In this document: positions 1-8,579 of the stretch, piece after piece
How positions within the stretch are numbered: the first letter of the stretch is position 1
Layout of the letters: every line of letters begins with the position of its first letter
DNA from: a plasmid
Length of the DNA stretch: 31,807 nt
Sequence record: CP060656.1
Direction: 5' to 3' (one strand)
Program-made: the position numbers and the translations under genes
Notes under the pieces: generated by a model
Database searches by the model: none
Told to the model about the DNA's origin: nothing
What the model saw: the letters and a program-made list of their open reading frames with translations, nothing else

Positions 1-16
1 AAAACTGGAAACGACT

Positions 17-271
17 ATGAAACTGATCACTCTACTGAACAAGCATTTTGATACTGATTTAAAGGAGTATGAGGACGAGAACGGCGTTAACCATCCTGCT
101 ATATGGGTTTATGAGAAAGGTGAAGACTGTGAGCCTGTGGTGGTGCTTAAAGCTACTGAACAGCCGGAGATCTGGAAGGTTGGAAACGTATACTCAGCTC
201 TTACTCACAATGCGCTGTTATCAGAGACTGAACTCAAAGCGTTGGTGAAAGCTGGCAAGGTAATGAAGTGA
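17..271 (+). CDS. hypothetical protein (84 aa); GC-richer than surroundings
   Basis: Intact ORF, ATG at 17; weak RBS; no recognisable motifs. Confidence 0.45.
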   Translation: MKLITLLNKHFDTDLKEYEDENGVNHPAIWVYEKGEDCEPVVVLKATEQPEIWKVGNVYSALTHNALLSETELKALVKAGKVMK

Positions 272-323
272 GTGAACAACCAGAGAGAAGAGAACACTAA
301 ACCCGTCCTCTTCTCTTTCAGTC

Positions 324-632
324 TTACAGACGCTTTCTTGTGGTAGCTTCATAGTTGGTTGTGGCCTGTATAGTAGCTGATAGCTGTTCCTGCTGAACTC
401 TAGCGATAAGCTCGCTTGCCAGCTCATGATTGACGTTCCTACAGCCCTGTAGGGTAAATGTGTCTTTAAGAATTGCCTCCCTGATATGTTTCATTCTACT
501 GTTGAGAAAGATGACAGCATTCTCAAACCCTTCTTTTTTGTTGATCTCGTCAAGCACTATTATTGCTTCACCTGCCGAAAGCTGATTAGCCCTATCCTTT
601 AATTGCTCAAATAGCGTTTTTGTTTTTTTCAT
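324..632 (-). CDS. hypothetical protein (about 102 aa), second gene of a 2-gene minus-strand operon
   Basis: Internal ATG at 632-630 preceded by GGAAGAGGT RBS; 4-nt gap from upstream gene stop at 637. Confidence 0.5.
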   Translation of the reverse strand: MKKTKTLFEQLKDRANQLSAGEAIIVLDEINKKEGFENAVIFLNSRMKHIREAILKDTFTLQGCRNVNHELASELIARVQQEQLSATIQATTNYEATTRKRL

Positions 633-636
633 ATAA

Positions 637-825
637 TTACCTCTTCCATTCATTCAAAAAGAAACTCTCGTTAAGTTTAAAAACTTCATAGCAATACATG
701 AAAGCCTGTTGTGAATTATGCAAATCAGGATAAATAGAATATCCCCAATCACAAAACTCTTCCCATATGTGTAAACTTTTAAGTTCATTACAAATATCTT
801 GAACGTTGTATTTTATATCACTCAT
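637..825 (-). CDS. hypothetical small protein (62 aa), first gene of pair with 324-632
   Basis: ORF with AAGGTGA RBS upstream of ATG at 825; tightly linked to downstream gene (possible TA-like pair, unsupported). Confidence 0.5.
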   Translation of the reverse strand: MSDIKYNVQDICNELKSLHIWEEFCDWGYSIYPDLHNSQQAFMYCYEVFKLNESFFLNEWKR

Positions 826-905
826 ATAATCACCTTTATTTATTTACCAGTTCAATTAATAACATATTTAAAATAAAAATCAAAAATAAATATACTAAAA
901 AATTA

Positions 906-928
906 AAAGCCCCCCGAAGGGGCTGTAA
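906..928 (-). terminator. intrinsic terminator (AGCCCC-TTCG-GGGGCT then T-run on minus strand)
   Basis: GC hairpin plus U-run. Confidence 0.6.
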
Positions 929-931
929 GGG

Positions 932-1243
932 TTAGTGTTTCATTTCAAGTGAGTGTCCATCTTTTTTAATGGCATCTATTAGAGAAGAGATAACGTCTTT
1001 AACGTGTTCATTTTTGACTTTCTTACATACTTTGCTGTTTGATTTTATTATAAAGAAAGAACCATCGTCATGTATAGTGTAGCTTTTCGCATATCCTTTA
1101 GCGTTATAGTATGTTCTTCCTATTTCTGTATATTCACAATCATCATTCTGATATAAAGTGAATCCGTTATCTAAATTAAACTCAACCATATTAAAAGTAT
1201 TTATCATTGAGTTGTAAACTGTATTTAAAGTGTTTGTATTCAT
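932..1243 (-). CDS. hypothetical protein (103 aa) driven by inverted copy of promoter cassette A
   Basis: ORF; RBS AAGGAGAT; promoter-cassette copy at 1263-1346 on minus strand; terminator hairpin at 906-928. Confidence 0.6.
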   Translation of the reverse strand: MNTNTLNTVYNSMINTFNMVEFNLDNGFTLYQNDDCEYTEIGRTYYNAKGYAKSYTIHDDGSFFIIKSNSKVCKKVKNEHVKDVISSLIDAIKKDGHSLEMKH

Positions 1244-1262
1244 AACATATCTCCTTTTGTTT

Positions 1263-1346
1263 TTCTGTTATATATAATTAATAACACTTTTAAAATAATA
1301 GTCAAATAAATATATACTTTTATTTTAACTATCCGATAAGCGGTAT
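1263..1346 (-). promoter_or_regulatory. promoter cassette A, inverted copy (reverse complement of TTAAAATAAAAGTATATATTTATTTGACT-N17-TATTAAT) plus CCGCTTATCGGAT upstream motif
   Basis: Near-identical reverse complement of the + strand copies; drives 932-1243. Confidence 0.65.
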
Positions 1347-1410
1347 AAGTAAAACACTCTATATTTAAATGATTATTAATTTAACTGGAAGGATAATAGA
1401 AAAGAAAAAA

Positions 1411-1436
1411 GCCCCGGTGAGAGGGCTTTAGTCATA
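1411..1436 (-). terminator. hairpin AAGCCC-GGTGAGA-GGGCTT with T-run on minus strand
   Basis: GC hairpin in AT-rich spacer; no obvious upstream minus-strand gene. Confidence 0.4.
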
Positions 1437-1691
1437 CACACACATACATAGAAAGGTGAAGCATCATAAACATAAAAACTTTTATATAAAGGACAAGATT
1501 GCTTGTCTCTTATATATTAATTAGCACTTATTATATATAAGTCAACTTTAATTGAGAAAATATTTTAAAAAAGTAGTATAGGTTATCCGTCCGTCCTGTT
1601 TTATTAAAATATATTCCCTTTATTATTTACAATTGGGTTAGATATGTTATCTATTTAATATACACAATAGAAAAGGAAAAAGGTGATTAAC

Positions 1692-2258
1692 ATGAGTATT
1701 ATTTTAAACAAAGTAAAAGCATTTACAAACACAAAAGAAAACAGAATTGAAAAACTTTTATTCAGCAATGATATTGATTTAGTGAAAAGAGTATTAATAA
1801 CTCATCCTGATATTAACTTAAACTTTATAAACGATGAAGGTAAAACAGCTTTGTTTGGTGCTGACTACCTTAAAGCAGAAGCTTTAATAAATGCTGGCAT
1901 CAATATAAATGCTAAAGATAAAGACGGCAATACAGCGTTGTTCTTCTCTGATTATATGACTTCAAATCTTCTTTTAAACAAAGGGGCTAATGTCAATCAT
2001 AGAAACAATGTTGGTATGACAGCGATTTTCAGAGCAGACAGATCAAAAGCAAGTTTGCTTATAAAGGCTGGAGCAAGAGTTAACTTCAAATCCCACGTAG
2101 ACAACACTACAGCTCTTCAAATGGCTTACATAAGACGTGATGAGGCTGTTATGACCGTTCTCATAGAAGCTGGGGCAGACATTCATCACAACTGGAGAGG
2201 CTACTCAGCTCACGCTAAAGCATTCATGACAACCATTAACGAAAGACAAGCAGCATAA
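1692..2258 (+). CDS. ankyrin-repeat protein (about 188 aa)
   Basis: Repeated DGxTALxxA...LIxxGAxVNxxDxxGxTAL ankyrin consensus at least 4 times; ATG 1692 with AAAGGAAAAAGG RBS (track used GTG at 1683). Confidence 0.85.
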   Translation: MSIILNKVKAFTNTKENRIEKLLFSNDIDLVKRVLITHPDINLNFINDEGKTALFGADYLKAEALINAGININAKDKDGNTALFFSDYMTSNLLLNKGANVNHRNNVGMTAIFRADRSKASLLIKAGARVNFKSHVDNTTALQMAYIRRDEAVMTVLIEAGADIHHNWRGYSAHAKAFMTTINERQAA

Positions 2259-2286
2259 GGGGGAAACCCCTTATCAGGAGATTAAT

Positions 2287-2673
2287 ATGAAAAATAAAGT
2301 TGTTAAAACAAAAAAAGATGATGATTACTATAATGAATTAATTGAAGTGTTTATTATGTTAATACTGGCATTAGTTTTTGTATCTTTTATTGAAAGCACC
2401 GAAAACAAAATAAGCATAGAAGAAAATAGTTTATATAACCTACAAACTGATGTTATGAATATCATGCTTTATGACACACCAATACCAATAATAAAATCAT
2501 TAACAGAAGAGCAAAAATCAAAGCTAATTATAATAAACAAGGATATAGATAATTGTATGGAAAGAAAGCAGCAATTAGGTGCTTCAGGATTATCAGAATG
2601 CTATAAAAAAAATGAATTCTTATTTAATGAGCTTAAAGTTGGCTTTTCAGATAGATTGATTTTTAATAATTAA
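2287..2673 (+). CDS. hypothetical single-TM protein (128 aa)
   Basis: ORF with CAGGAGA RBS; one hydrophobic helix; hairpin at 2259-2280 between it and ankyrin gene. Confidence 0.5.
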   Translation: MKNKVVKTKKDDDYYNELIEVFIMLILALVFVSFIESTENKISIEENSLYNLQTDVMNIMLYDTPIPIIKSLTEEQKSKLIIINKDIDNCMERKQQLGASGLSECYKKNEFLFNELKVGFSDRLIFNN

Positions 2674-2912
2674 TTTATCAGGCAGGCGGGATAGTTAGAC
2701 ACAAAAAAACATGGAGCCTAAACCCCATGTTCTAATCGTTGTTATATATTAGGACGCAATCTACAATATATAACTTATCAAATTAAACATCCTATAAGAT
2801 GAGAAATACCCATAACCCATACTTACTTATATTTTATAACGCTTTAATTAATTGTTGTCAAGTTTAAGAACAGCATTTTCGGGATTTTATTTTTAAATGG
2901 ATATGGTTTAGT

Positions 2913-2995
2913 TAAACCGCTCATCTGATATTTAAAATAAAAGTATATATTTATTTGACTAACATTTTAAATATAGTATTAATTGATTATACACA
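2913..2995 (+). promoter_or_regulatory. promoter cassette A copy (AACCGCTCATCTGATA - A-rich UP - TTGACT 2955-2960 - TATTAAT)
   Basis: Sequence identity to other copies; consensus -35/-10 with 16-17 nt spacer. Confidence 0.7.
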
Positions 2996-3012
2996 AATAA
3001 AGGAGAGTTTTT

Positions 3013-3813
3013 ATGAATGAATCATCAGGAAATAAAATAGTTAGTTTTTTTAAAAAGCATGATATGGCATTGTATTTTATCATTCCTTTTTTACTTATTA
3101 TTATATCACAGATAATGAGGGTGATAGTTTCAGAAGAGGTTTTAAATAACCATGAACTTATTAAATTCCTTGTTATTGAAATGCCACTAATGGCAGGAGT
3201 GATGTTTTTAATGTTTTTGGCAATCACAGCAATATGGCATTTTTCCTTATATTTATTAAGTGCGATGATAAAAAGTAAAAGGTTTTATATCCAGATCATC
3301 CCGATAATTTCTTTTGTAAGTTTTTTGCTTGCTGCGACAATAGCCACTAATGAAATAAATCAGGTGAAACCAGAAGACATTTTAACTTCACCTTATTTTT
3401 ATACTTTATTTTTCATATATACAGTTGGATTATGGGTATCATCATGTTTCTTGTGTGTATCTTCAGTTATAGCTGATGAGATTAAAGGCATGAATATTAA
3501 ATCGAAATTTGTATTGAGATTGAAAAAATCAGGAAAAGGCGAGGATATAATACTTGCTCTATTACTAATAATGTTAACGACAATATGTGTGAGTCTATGG
3601 CTTGCTTTAAATATCGAAGATCTTATTTATTATAGATATACATATATAGCATTTCCATTCATTCTAATCTTAGCAAGTGTAGTCATGTTATTGTTTGAAA
3701 TCTGTTCTGGTTTATTTTCAGACGACAAGGTAGAAAACTTAAAAAGAATGAAAAACAAAAAACTAAATAAAAGGCAAAAGAGATTATTAAAAAGAGAAAA
3801 GGAGAGAACTTAA
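3013..3813 (+). CDS. polytopic inner-membrane protein (266 aa, about 7 TM, basic C-tail)
   Basis: ORF after promoter cassette A copy (2913-2995) and AAGGAGAG RBS; multiple hydrophobic segments. Confidence 0.6.
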   Translation: MNESSGNKIVSFFKKHDMALYFIIPFLLIIISQIMRVIVSEEVLNNHELIKFLVIEMPLMAGVMFLMFLAITAIWHFSLYLLSAMIKSKRFYIQIIPIISFVSFLLAATIATNEINQVKPEDILTSPYFYTLFFIYTVGLWVSSCFLCVSSVIADEIKGMNIKSKFVLRLKKSGKGEDIILALLLIMLTTICVSLWLALNIEDLIYYRYTYIAFPFILILASVVMLLFEICSGLFSDDKVENLKRMKNKKLNKRQKRLLKREKERT

Positions 3814-3814
3814 A

Positions 3815-4108
3815 ATGAAAAAAGACATAATGATAGATTTGAAAAGATTAGGTTTACATAACGGAAGTGAGTTTATATCAAGCGCATTTTTAATAAAGGA
3901 TAACAGATTAGTATCAATAATAGCATTGATAGACAGACTTGAAGCACGAAAGATTATACCAGCCCACATTAAGCATGGTTTCAATCAGATTAGAGCATCA
4001 TATAAAAGATCTGGCTACATCAATCAAGCCCTTGCTGTTATACCGTTTAAGGCTTATGTGAACGAGCCAGCAGAGCATTTTAAAGCAGATATATATTGGA
4101 GTATTTAA
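3815..4108 (+). CDS. hypothetical protein (97 aa), translationally coupled to 3013-3813
   Basis: ATG 1 nt after upstream stop; GGAGAG RBS. Confidence 0.5.
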   Translation: MKKDIMIDLKRLGLHNGSEFISSAFLIKDNRLVSIIALIDRLEARKIIPAHIKHGFNQIRASYKRSGYINQALAVIPFKAYVNEPAEHFKADIYWSI

Positions 4109-4124
4109 CAAAAGAGAGGTGAGT

Positions 4125-4262
4125 ATGGGAACAGAAACAAGAGAAAAAGAAATAGAAACATGGTCAGATTTTATTGATGAGTTTCTTAAAGAAGGTGGTG
4201 TTATTTATGAAAATCAAAACAGACAAAAAAGAGAGGTAGTATATGAAGAATGGAATTAGGAA
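4125..4262 (+). CDS. possible small ORF (45 aa) below track cutoff
   Basis: ATG preceded by strong AGAGGTGA RBS; overlaps start of 4243 ORF by 20 nt in another frame. Confidence 0.3.
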
Positions 4263-4647
4263 TATTAAAGAAGACGTATTACAAAAGGTAATGTATAGAA
4301 AGTTAATATGTTATGGAGTTATAGTGTTCATAGCAGGCACATTGATAATGTCAGATATAAATCCTATGTTGAACGCCCTGCTTAATAAAATAAGCAGTAT
4401 CGAAGCTGTTTTTTATACGCTGTTGGTTATATTGTTATTGGAAGTAATTACATACCTAACTTATAACTCATTTAAGTTAATAAAAAATAAAAGGAATAAA
4501 AAAGAACTGGATTTAATAATCAAAGGATATTCTGAAGGTTTTAATGATGGAATTGACTTTCAAAAAAGGGGAGGTAATAACAATATAGGAAATTCTATAA
4601 ACAAAGCAGAAAACAAAACAACAAAGGAGAATGATTATGATAGATAA
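4243..4647 (+). CDS. small membrane protein (134 aa, 2 TM)
   Basis: ORF with GAGGTAG RBS; two hydrophobic helices; overlaps next gene. Confidence 0.5.
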   Translation: MKNGIRNIKEDVLQKVMYRKLICYGVIVFIAGTLIMSDINPMLNALLNKISSIEAVFYTLLVILLLEVITYLTYNSFKLIKNKRNKKELDLIIKGYSEGFNDGIDFQKRGGNNNIGNSINKAENKTTKENDYDR

Positions 4648-4978
4648 AATAACAAGAATATTGAAAGAGTATTCAGATGATGATAGCAAAAGAGGTAAAT
4701 TATTAAAAGATTTCTCTATGTTCGTTATTAGGTTTGGGGTTTTTGTTATGCTGTATTGCTCGACAACCATTCTCTTAAAAAATGAGTTGGGCATAAACAA
4801 AGAAGTCGCTGATAAAATGTTTATATACTATTCATATGGAGTTGGTTTTTATATGGCAGGAGCTTTATTACCTTGGATGTTTCGTCAAAAATACAACATT
4901 ATGAATATTTTTGAAAAGGATAAGAATATCAAATCAAAAAAAGAAAATGAAATTGAAAAAAACGACAAAGGAGAATGA
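4631..4978 (+). CDS. small membrane protein (115 aa)
   Basis: ORF; initiation context AAAGGAGAATGATTATGATA is duplicated at 4966-4990 for the pilin gene. Confidence 0.5.
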   Translation: MIMIDKITRILKEYSDDDSKRGKLLKDFSMFVIRFGVFVMLYCSTTILLKNELGINKEVADKMFIYYSYGVGFYMAGALLPWMFRQKYNIMNIFEKDKNIKSKKENEIEKNDKGE

Positions 4979-5538
4979 TTATGATAAATAGTTTTATATT
5001 ATTAAAAGACAGGAAAAGTAAAAAAGGGTTTTCACTATTAGAATTGCTTTTAACGTTAGGTGTTATAGCTGGAATAATAATAGCCGCTTTTATAGTTTTT
5101 CCAAAAGTTCAGGCTTCACAAAAGATAGACAAAGAGAGCAGAAACATAACAGCTATTCAAGCGGGAGTGAAATCACTCTATGGCGGCAGGGCTAAGATCT
5201 CATCATTGAATACTGATAGCTTCATTGCGTCTAAGAACGCCCCTGACAACATGATCTTGGATGGGAAGTTAGTGAACGAGTGGAAAGGCAATGTAAGCGT
5301 TGAATACAGCGGCAATCATGGCAAATACAACATCATGTATGATGCCGTTCCCCCTGATGCTTGCGCAAAACTCATTACAGCCGTATCAGGTAATTTTGTG
5401 AGTATCACTGTATACAACGACAACGGGAGCACTGATGTTAAGAACTTAGAAGAAGGGTATGGAATAGACATAACCAAAGCTACAGCCGCTTGCGCATCAC
5501 AAGAAAGCTCAACTGTTATGTTTACATCCATCATTTAA
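4975..5538 (+). CDS. type IV prepilin-like protein (187 aa; leader ...KSKKG|FSLLELLL, C-terminal Cys pair)
   Basis: Class III signal peptide: basic leader, G-1, F+1, E+5, hydrophobic helix; two Cys near C-terminus (disulfide loop). Confidence 0.75.
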   Translation: MIMINSFILLKDRKSKKGFSLLELLLTLGVIAGIIIAAFIVFPKVQASQKIDKESRNITAIQAGVKSLYGGRAKISSLNTDSFIASKNAPDNMILDGKLVNEWKGNVSVEYSGNHGKYNIMYDAVPPDACAKLITAVSGNFVSITVYNDNGSTDVKNLEEGYGIDITKATAACASQESSTVMFTSII

Positions 5539-5553
5539 AAAGGAAGGTTATTT

Positions 5554-6099
5554 ATGACACACATATTAAGTAAGAAAAGGAAGAAAGGATTTTCATTGTT
5601 AGAGTTGTTGTTGGTTTTTGGTGTTATAGCAGCAATCATAGTAGCGGTGTTCATGGTTTACCCTAAAGTAAGCTCAAGCCAAAAAATTGACAGTGATATA
5701 AAAATATTAGGCACGTTAAACGCTGGCATTAAAAACCTATACGCCGGACAAGCTGACTTTACAGGTTTATCAGTAGACGCAGTAATCAAGTCTAAGATAG
5801 TTCCAGAAGATATAGTTGATGATAATCTGATTTGGGATAGTTGGGGCGCAAACGTCTTAATAGAACCTTATTACGATGGAAGCTTTTATATTGGGTTTGA
5901 GAACGTATCTGTAGATGCTTGCCCGAAGTTTGTTTCTCAAGCTGGAGCAAGTTATTTTAAAATAGTTGTTGGATCTACAGAAGTTAAAAATATAGAAAAT
6001 GGTTTAGAGCTAAATATGGCTACTACAACATCTGCTTGTGCGAATGGTGAAGATGGATATTCAGACAAACCAATCACAGTTTACTTTTACGATAAATAA
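5554..6099 (+). CDS. type IV prepilin-like protein paralog (181 aa; leader MTHILSKKRKKG|FSLLELLL)
   Basis: Same class III signal peptide architecture and C-terminal Cys pair as upstream paralog; AAGGAAGG RBS. Confidence 0.75.
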   Translation: MTHILSKKRKKGFSLLELLLVFGVIAAIIVAVFMVYPKVSSSQKIDSDIKILGTLNAGIKNLYAGQADFTGLSVDAVIKSKIVPEDIVDDNLIWDSWGANVLIEPYYDGSFYIGFENVSVDACPKFVSQAGASYFKIVVGSTEVKNIENGLELNMATTTSACANGEDGYSDKPITVYFYDK

Positions 6100-6110
6100 A
6101 GAGGTGTATT

Positions 6111-6308
6111 ATGAGAAATAAAGTTTTAGAAGCATGGTTTTATATAGTTGTAGCAATGACATTTACAGGATACTCATTTTATCTGTTTTTCGAGACAACA
6201 GACATATCAAGATATGGTGTGATAGGTGTTATTTTTAATCTGGTTTCATTAAAGCTGTTATATGAGGCTTACAAAATAAACAAAGAAATAAAAAGAAAAG
6301 GTTTTTAA
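6111..6308 (+). CDS. small 2-TM membrane protein (65 aa), last gene of pilin operon
   Basis: AAAGAGGTG RBS; two hydrophobic helices; followed by bidirectional terminator 6326-6353. Confidence 0.5.
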   Translation: MRNKVLEAWFYIVVAMTFTGYSFYLFFETTDISRYGVIGVIFNLVSLKLLYEAYKINKEIKRKGF

Positions 6309-6325
6309 GAATGGTTAATCCAAAT

Positions 6326-6353
6326 AAAAGCCCCTTAACAGGGGCTTGGTTTT
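6326..6353. terminator. bidirectional terminator AAGCCCC-TTAACA-GGGGCTT between pilin operon and hns
   Basis: Hairpin with T-runs on both strands. Confidence 0.7.
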
Positions 6354-6374
6354 CTCTGGTGTTGACGGTTGTTA

Positions 6375-6809
6375 TTAGTCTTTTTTGATCAGGAAATCGT
6401 CTTTTTTTGCCCCGCCTTTAATGGCTTCTTCAATAGGTTTTGGTGGACGACCACGACCAGACCATAAGACCTCTTCACCATCTGCGTTTGTATAAGCATA
6501 CTTAGGCTCTACAGAACCACGTTTAACGCCCTTAGCGCCCTTACCCGGAGCAGGAAGCTCTTGGCCTAACAGGAACGCTCTTACGCTGTCTAAGCTCACT
6601 TCAAAGCCTTCAGACTGGAGTAGTTCAGTAGTAGCTTTAAGCTTGTCTTCAACCAGTAGCTGTTTCTGCTTCTCTTCTTCAATGCGCTTGTTGATCTCTT
6701 CTTTTACAGCTTCAACCTTTTCAGCGAACACTAAGAACTCTTCATCACCAATTTCATTAGCGATTTTACGCAGAGAACGGATGTTTGATAAGTGAGAAAG
6801 ATCGCTCAT
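6375..6809 (-). CDS. hns: H-NS family nucleoid-associated DNA-binding protein (144 aa)
   Basis: N-terminal LSNIRSLRK and C-terminal PKYAYTNADGEEVLWSGRGRPPKPIEEAIKGGAKKDDFLIKK match the enterobacterial H-NS motif (W.G.GR.P...DDFLIK); start ATG 6809 with AAGGGG RBS (track start 6869 is upstream, in frame). Confidence 0.88.
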   Translation of the reverse strand: MSDLSHLSNIRSLRKIANEIGDEEFLVFAEKVEAVKEEINKRIEEEKQKQLLVEDKLKATTELLQSEGFEVSLDSVRAFLLGQELPAPGKGAKGVKRGSVEPKYAYTNADGEEVLWSGRGRPPKPIEEAIKGGAKKDDFLIKKD

Positions 6810-6875
6810 GTTAAACCCCTTAACCATACAGTAAAGGGGTAATCTAACATATAGCATTTTAAATAACAAAATGTT

Positions 6876-7349
6876 TTATAAAGCAATCATGATAGGTTTT
6901 TCAAGGCGAGGTTTTATTTTATAACAACCACATACATACAATAATATTTGGTTTAAAAATGAATAGTTCTTCATATATCCATTGTGAAACTCTTTAGCTA
7001 ACAGCTCTATTTCTTTTGTTAGCTCTTCCTGATTGTATTTTGTGTTATCTATATAAGCCCTTAACTTATCCCTTACAACATAATCAAATAAATCCTCAAT
7101 ATCTTCATCTTTATCACTGTAAGCGAAGATATGGCCTTCTACCCCTTCTTTCATGAAGGTTGAAGCGATAACTTCAGGCTTTAAATTCATTATGTAATCA
7201 AATCTACCACTGTAGTTATTATCTAAATATTTTTTTGCTCTGTTTGTTATTATTAACTTATTGTTGTTGTATTTCTCATCCAGCATATCAAAAGCTATAA
7301 AAGCCAAAAGATCAAGTAGTAGTTTTTTATTCGTATCACATGTTTTCAT
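6876..7349 (-). CDS. hypothetical protein (157 aa), third gene of minus-strand operon
   Basis: ORF overlapping upstream gene by 14 nt. Confidence 0.5.
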   Translation of the reverse strand: MKTCDTNKKLLLDLLAFIAFDMLDEKYNNNKLIITNRAKKYLDNNYSGRFDYIMNLKPEVIASTFMKEGVEGHIFAYSDKDEDIEDLFDYVVRDKLRAYIDNTKYNQEELTKEIELLAKEFHNGYMKNYSFLNQILLYVCGCYKIKPRLEKPIMIAL

Positions 7350-7851
7350 ATTGTTTCTCCTTTTTGGTAATCATCAATGTTTTGTTTTTGGTATCCAGCA
7401 AATCTATTCCATATTTAACAAGGCCGATAACAGCTATCGTATAGTATGAGTTTGTATTTGCTTTTATTCTTTGTATAAAGTTTTCGTAAGCCCAAATTGT
7501 AGTTCTTGTAAGATCTGTGCTTATGTCGCTACGCTCACAAGTGATAGATATATGATTGGTGTCGCTATCACTGTAATCTCTTAACTGATAAGACACATTG
7601 CCTGTTTTCTCTCTCTTTAGAACAAGGTGTTTTTTATTCTTTATCACATCATTAAGAGCATAATCAGCTAAAGAACAAACAGCATATGAAATGCTACCCA
7701 TGCTTATAGCTTTTATCTTTCGTAATAAACTACGCTCAACACGTATAGCTATCTTTTCATCCTGTTTATTTATCTTTGTATCATTAATCACTTTTATATG
7801 ATTTTTACTCTCTATTTCTAACCAGTTCGTTTCACCCATTGTTTTCTCCAT
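7336..7851 (-). CDS. hypothetical protein (171 aa)
   Basis: ATG directly abuts stop of 7852-8403 (TAAATG), translational coupling. Confidence 0.5.
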   Translation of the reverse strand: MEKTMGETNWLEIESKNHIKVINDTKINKQDEKIAIRVERSLLRKIKAISMGSISYAVCSLADYALNDVIKNKKHLVLKREKTGNVSYQLRDYSDSDTNHISITCERSDISTDLTRTTIWAYENFIQRIKANTNSYYTIAVIGLVKYGIDLLDTKNKTLMITKKEKQYENM

Positions 7852-8403
7852 TTAGTTAAAGAACCAATAAGCGACAACAGCCATTATCACAATAAAAATG
7901 ATGATTTGCTTCATTGTGTTATTTTTATCTGTTATGAATACTGGTTTAGCCTTTTCTTCTTCTATTATCTTTGCTTCATGTTCATCTTCATACTCTTCTA
8001 TTTTTAACCTTTTAACTCTATGTCTTTTTAATAGATTAAGTATTCTTTCATTTACGATAAGATCATTTTTTTCGTTCAAATATATTTCTTTTCTTTCTTC
8101 TCCTTTGTTAAATGGTATCAGTCTATACCATTTGGGTATTGTTTTATTTGGATGTTCCATATTGTGTTTAACACTAAACTTTATTTTTAAATCTTCATGC
8201 TTAATGATGTTAACGCAATCAACATTACTTTCTATTAATGTGTTTAATAGCGATCTACTAATCAAATAACAGCCCGGATCGCAATACACTATCTCTTCTC
8301 TTGTTATTATATCAATAACCGCTATTTCTTCTGACTCAAATTTATCTATCGAACACTCACCCGCGACAAAAGGATGAATTACGTATTCTTTTGTATTACC
8401 CAT
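7852..8403 (-). CDS. hypothetical C-terminally membrane-anchored protein (183 aa)
   Basis: Strong GGAGGTG RBS; single C-terminal TM helix; divergent promoter region 8404-8579. Confidence 0.55.
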   Translation of the reverse strand: MGNTKEYVIHPFVAGECSIDKFESEEIAVIDIITREEIVYCDPGCYLISRSLLNTLIESNVDCVNIIKHEDLKIKFSVKHNMEHPNKTIPKWYRLIPFNKGEERKEIYLNEKNDLIVNERILNLLKRHRVKRLKIEEYEDEHEAKIIEEEKAKPVFITDKNNTMKQIIIFIVIMAVVAYWFFN

Positions 8404-8455
8404 TTTTTAACACCTCCTTTCTATATATATAATTAAATATAATTTAAATTTAATA

Positions 8456-8484
8456 TTGTCAAGCAAACCGCTACCTATTGACAA
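8456..8484. promoter_or_regulatory. perfect 7-bp inverted repeat TTGTCAA-N15-TTGACAA forming back-to-back -35 boxes of divergent promoters
   Basis: Read directly; between minus-strand operon (8403) and 8580 gene. Confidence 0.5.
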
Positions 8485-8579
8485 TCTTTTAAAATATATT
8501 ATCTATTTAATAATGGCGTTTAATAAAAATAATAAAAACATCAGAAAAAACTTTTATATAAATTACATGGAGATATTTT

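Noticed and set aside
221-427. 68-aa minus-strand ORF bridging genes 17-271 and 324-632
   Set aside because: Overlaps two better-supported genes and lacks RBS.
2674-3012. 340-bp spacer inspected for tRNA or sRNA
   Set aside because: No cloverleaf-compatible conserved T-arm or anticodon stem motifs; only AT-rich promoter material and short non-coding ORFs of 22 aa or less.
2979-3227. 82-aa minus-strand ORF overlapping promoter cassette and start of 3013-3813
   Set aside because: Antisense to promoter and RBS; cannot coexist with the well-supported + gene.
4975-4980. Alternative pilin start at 4981 (second ATG of ATGATTATGATA)
   Set aside because: Both starts are in frame and share the same RBS. 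4975 was kept because it gives the overlapping ATGA stop-start coupling; the difference is 2 aa of leader and cannot be resolved from sequence.
7898-8269. 123-aa + strand ORF antisense to 7852-8403
   Set aside because: Shadow ORF inside a better-supported minus-strand gene; low-complexity hydrophobic translation of AT-rich antisense; no RBS.
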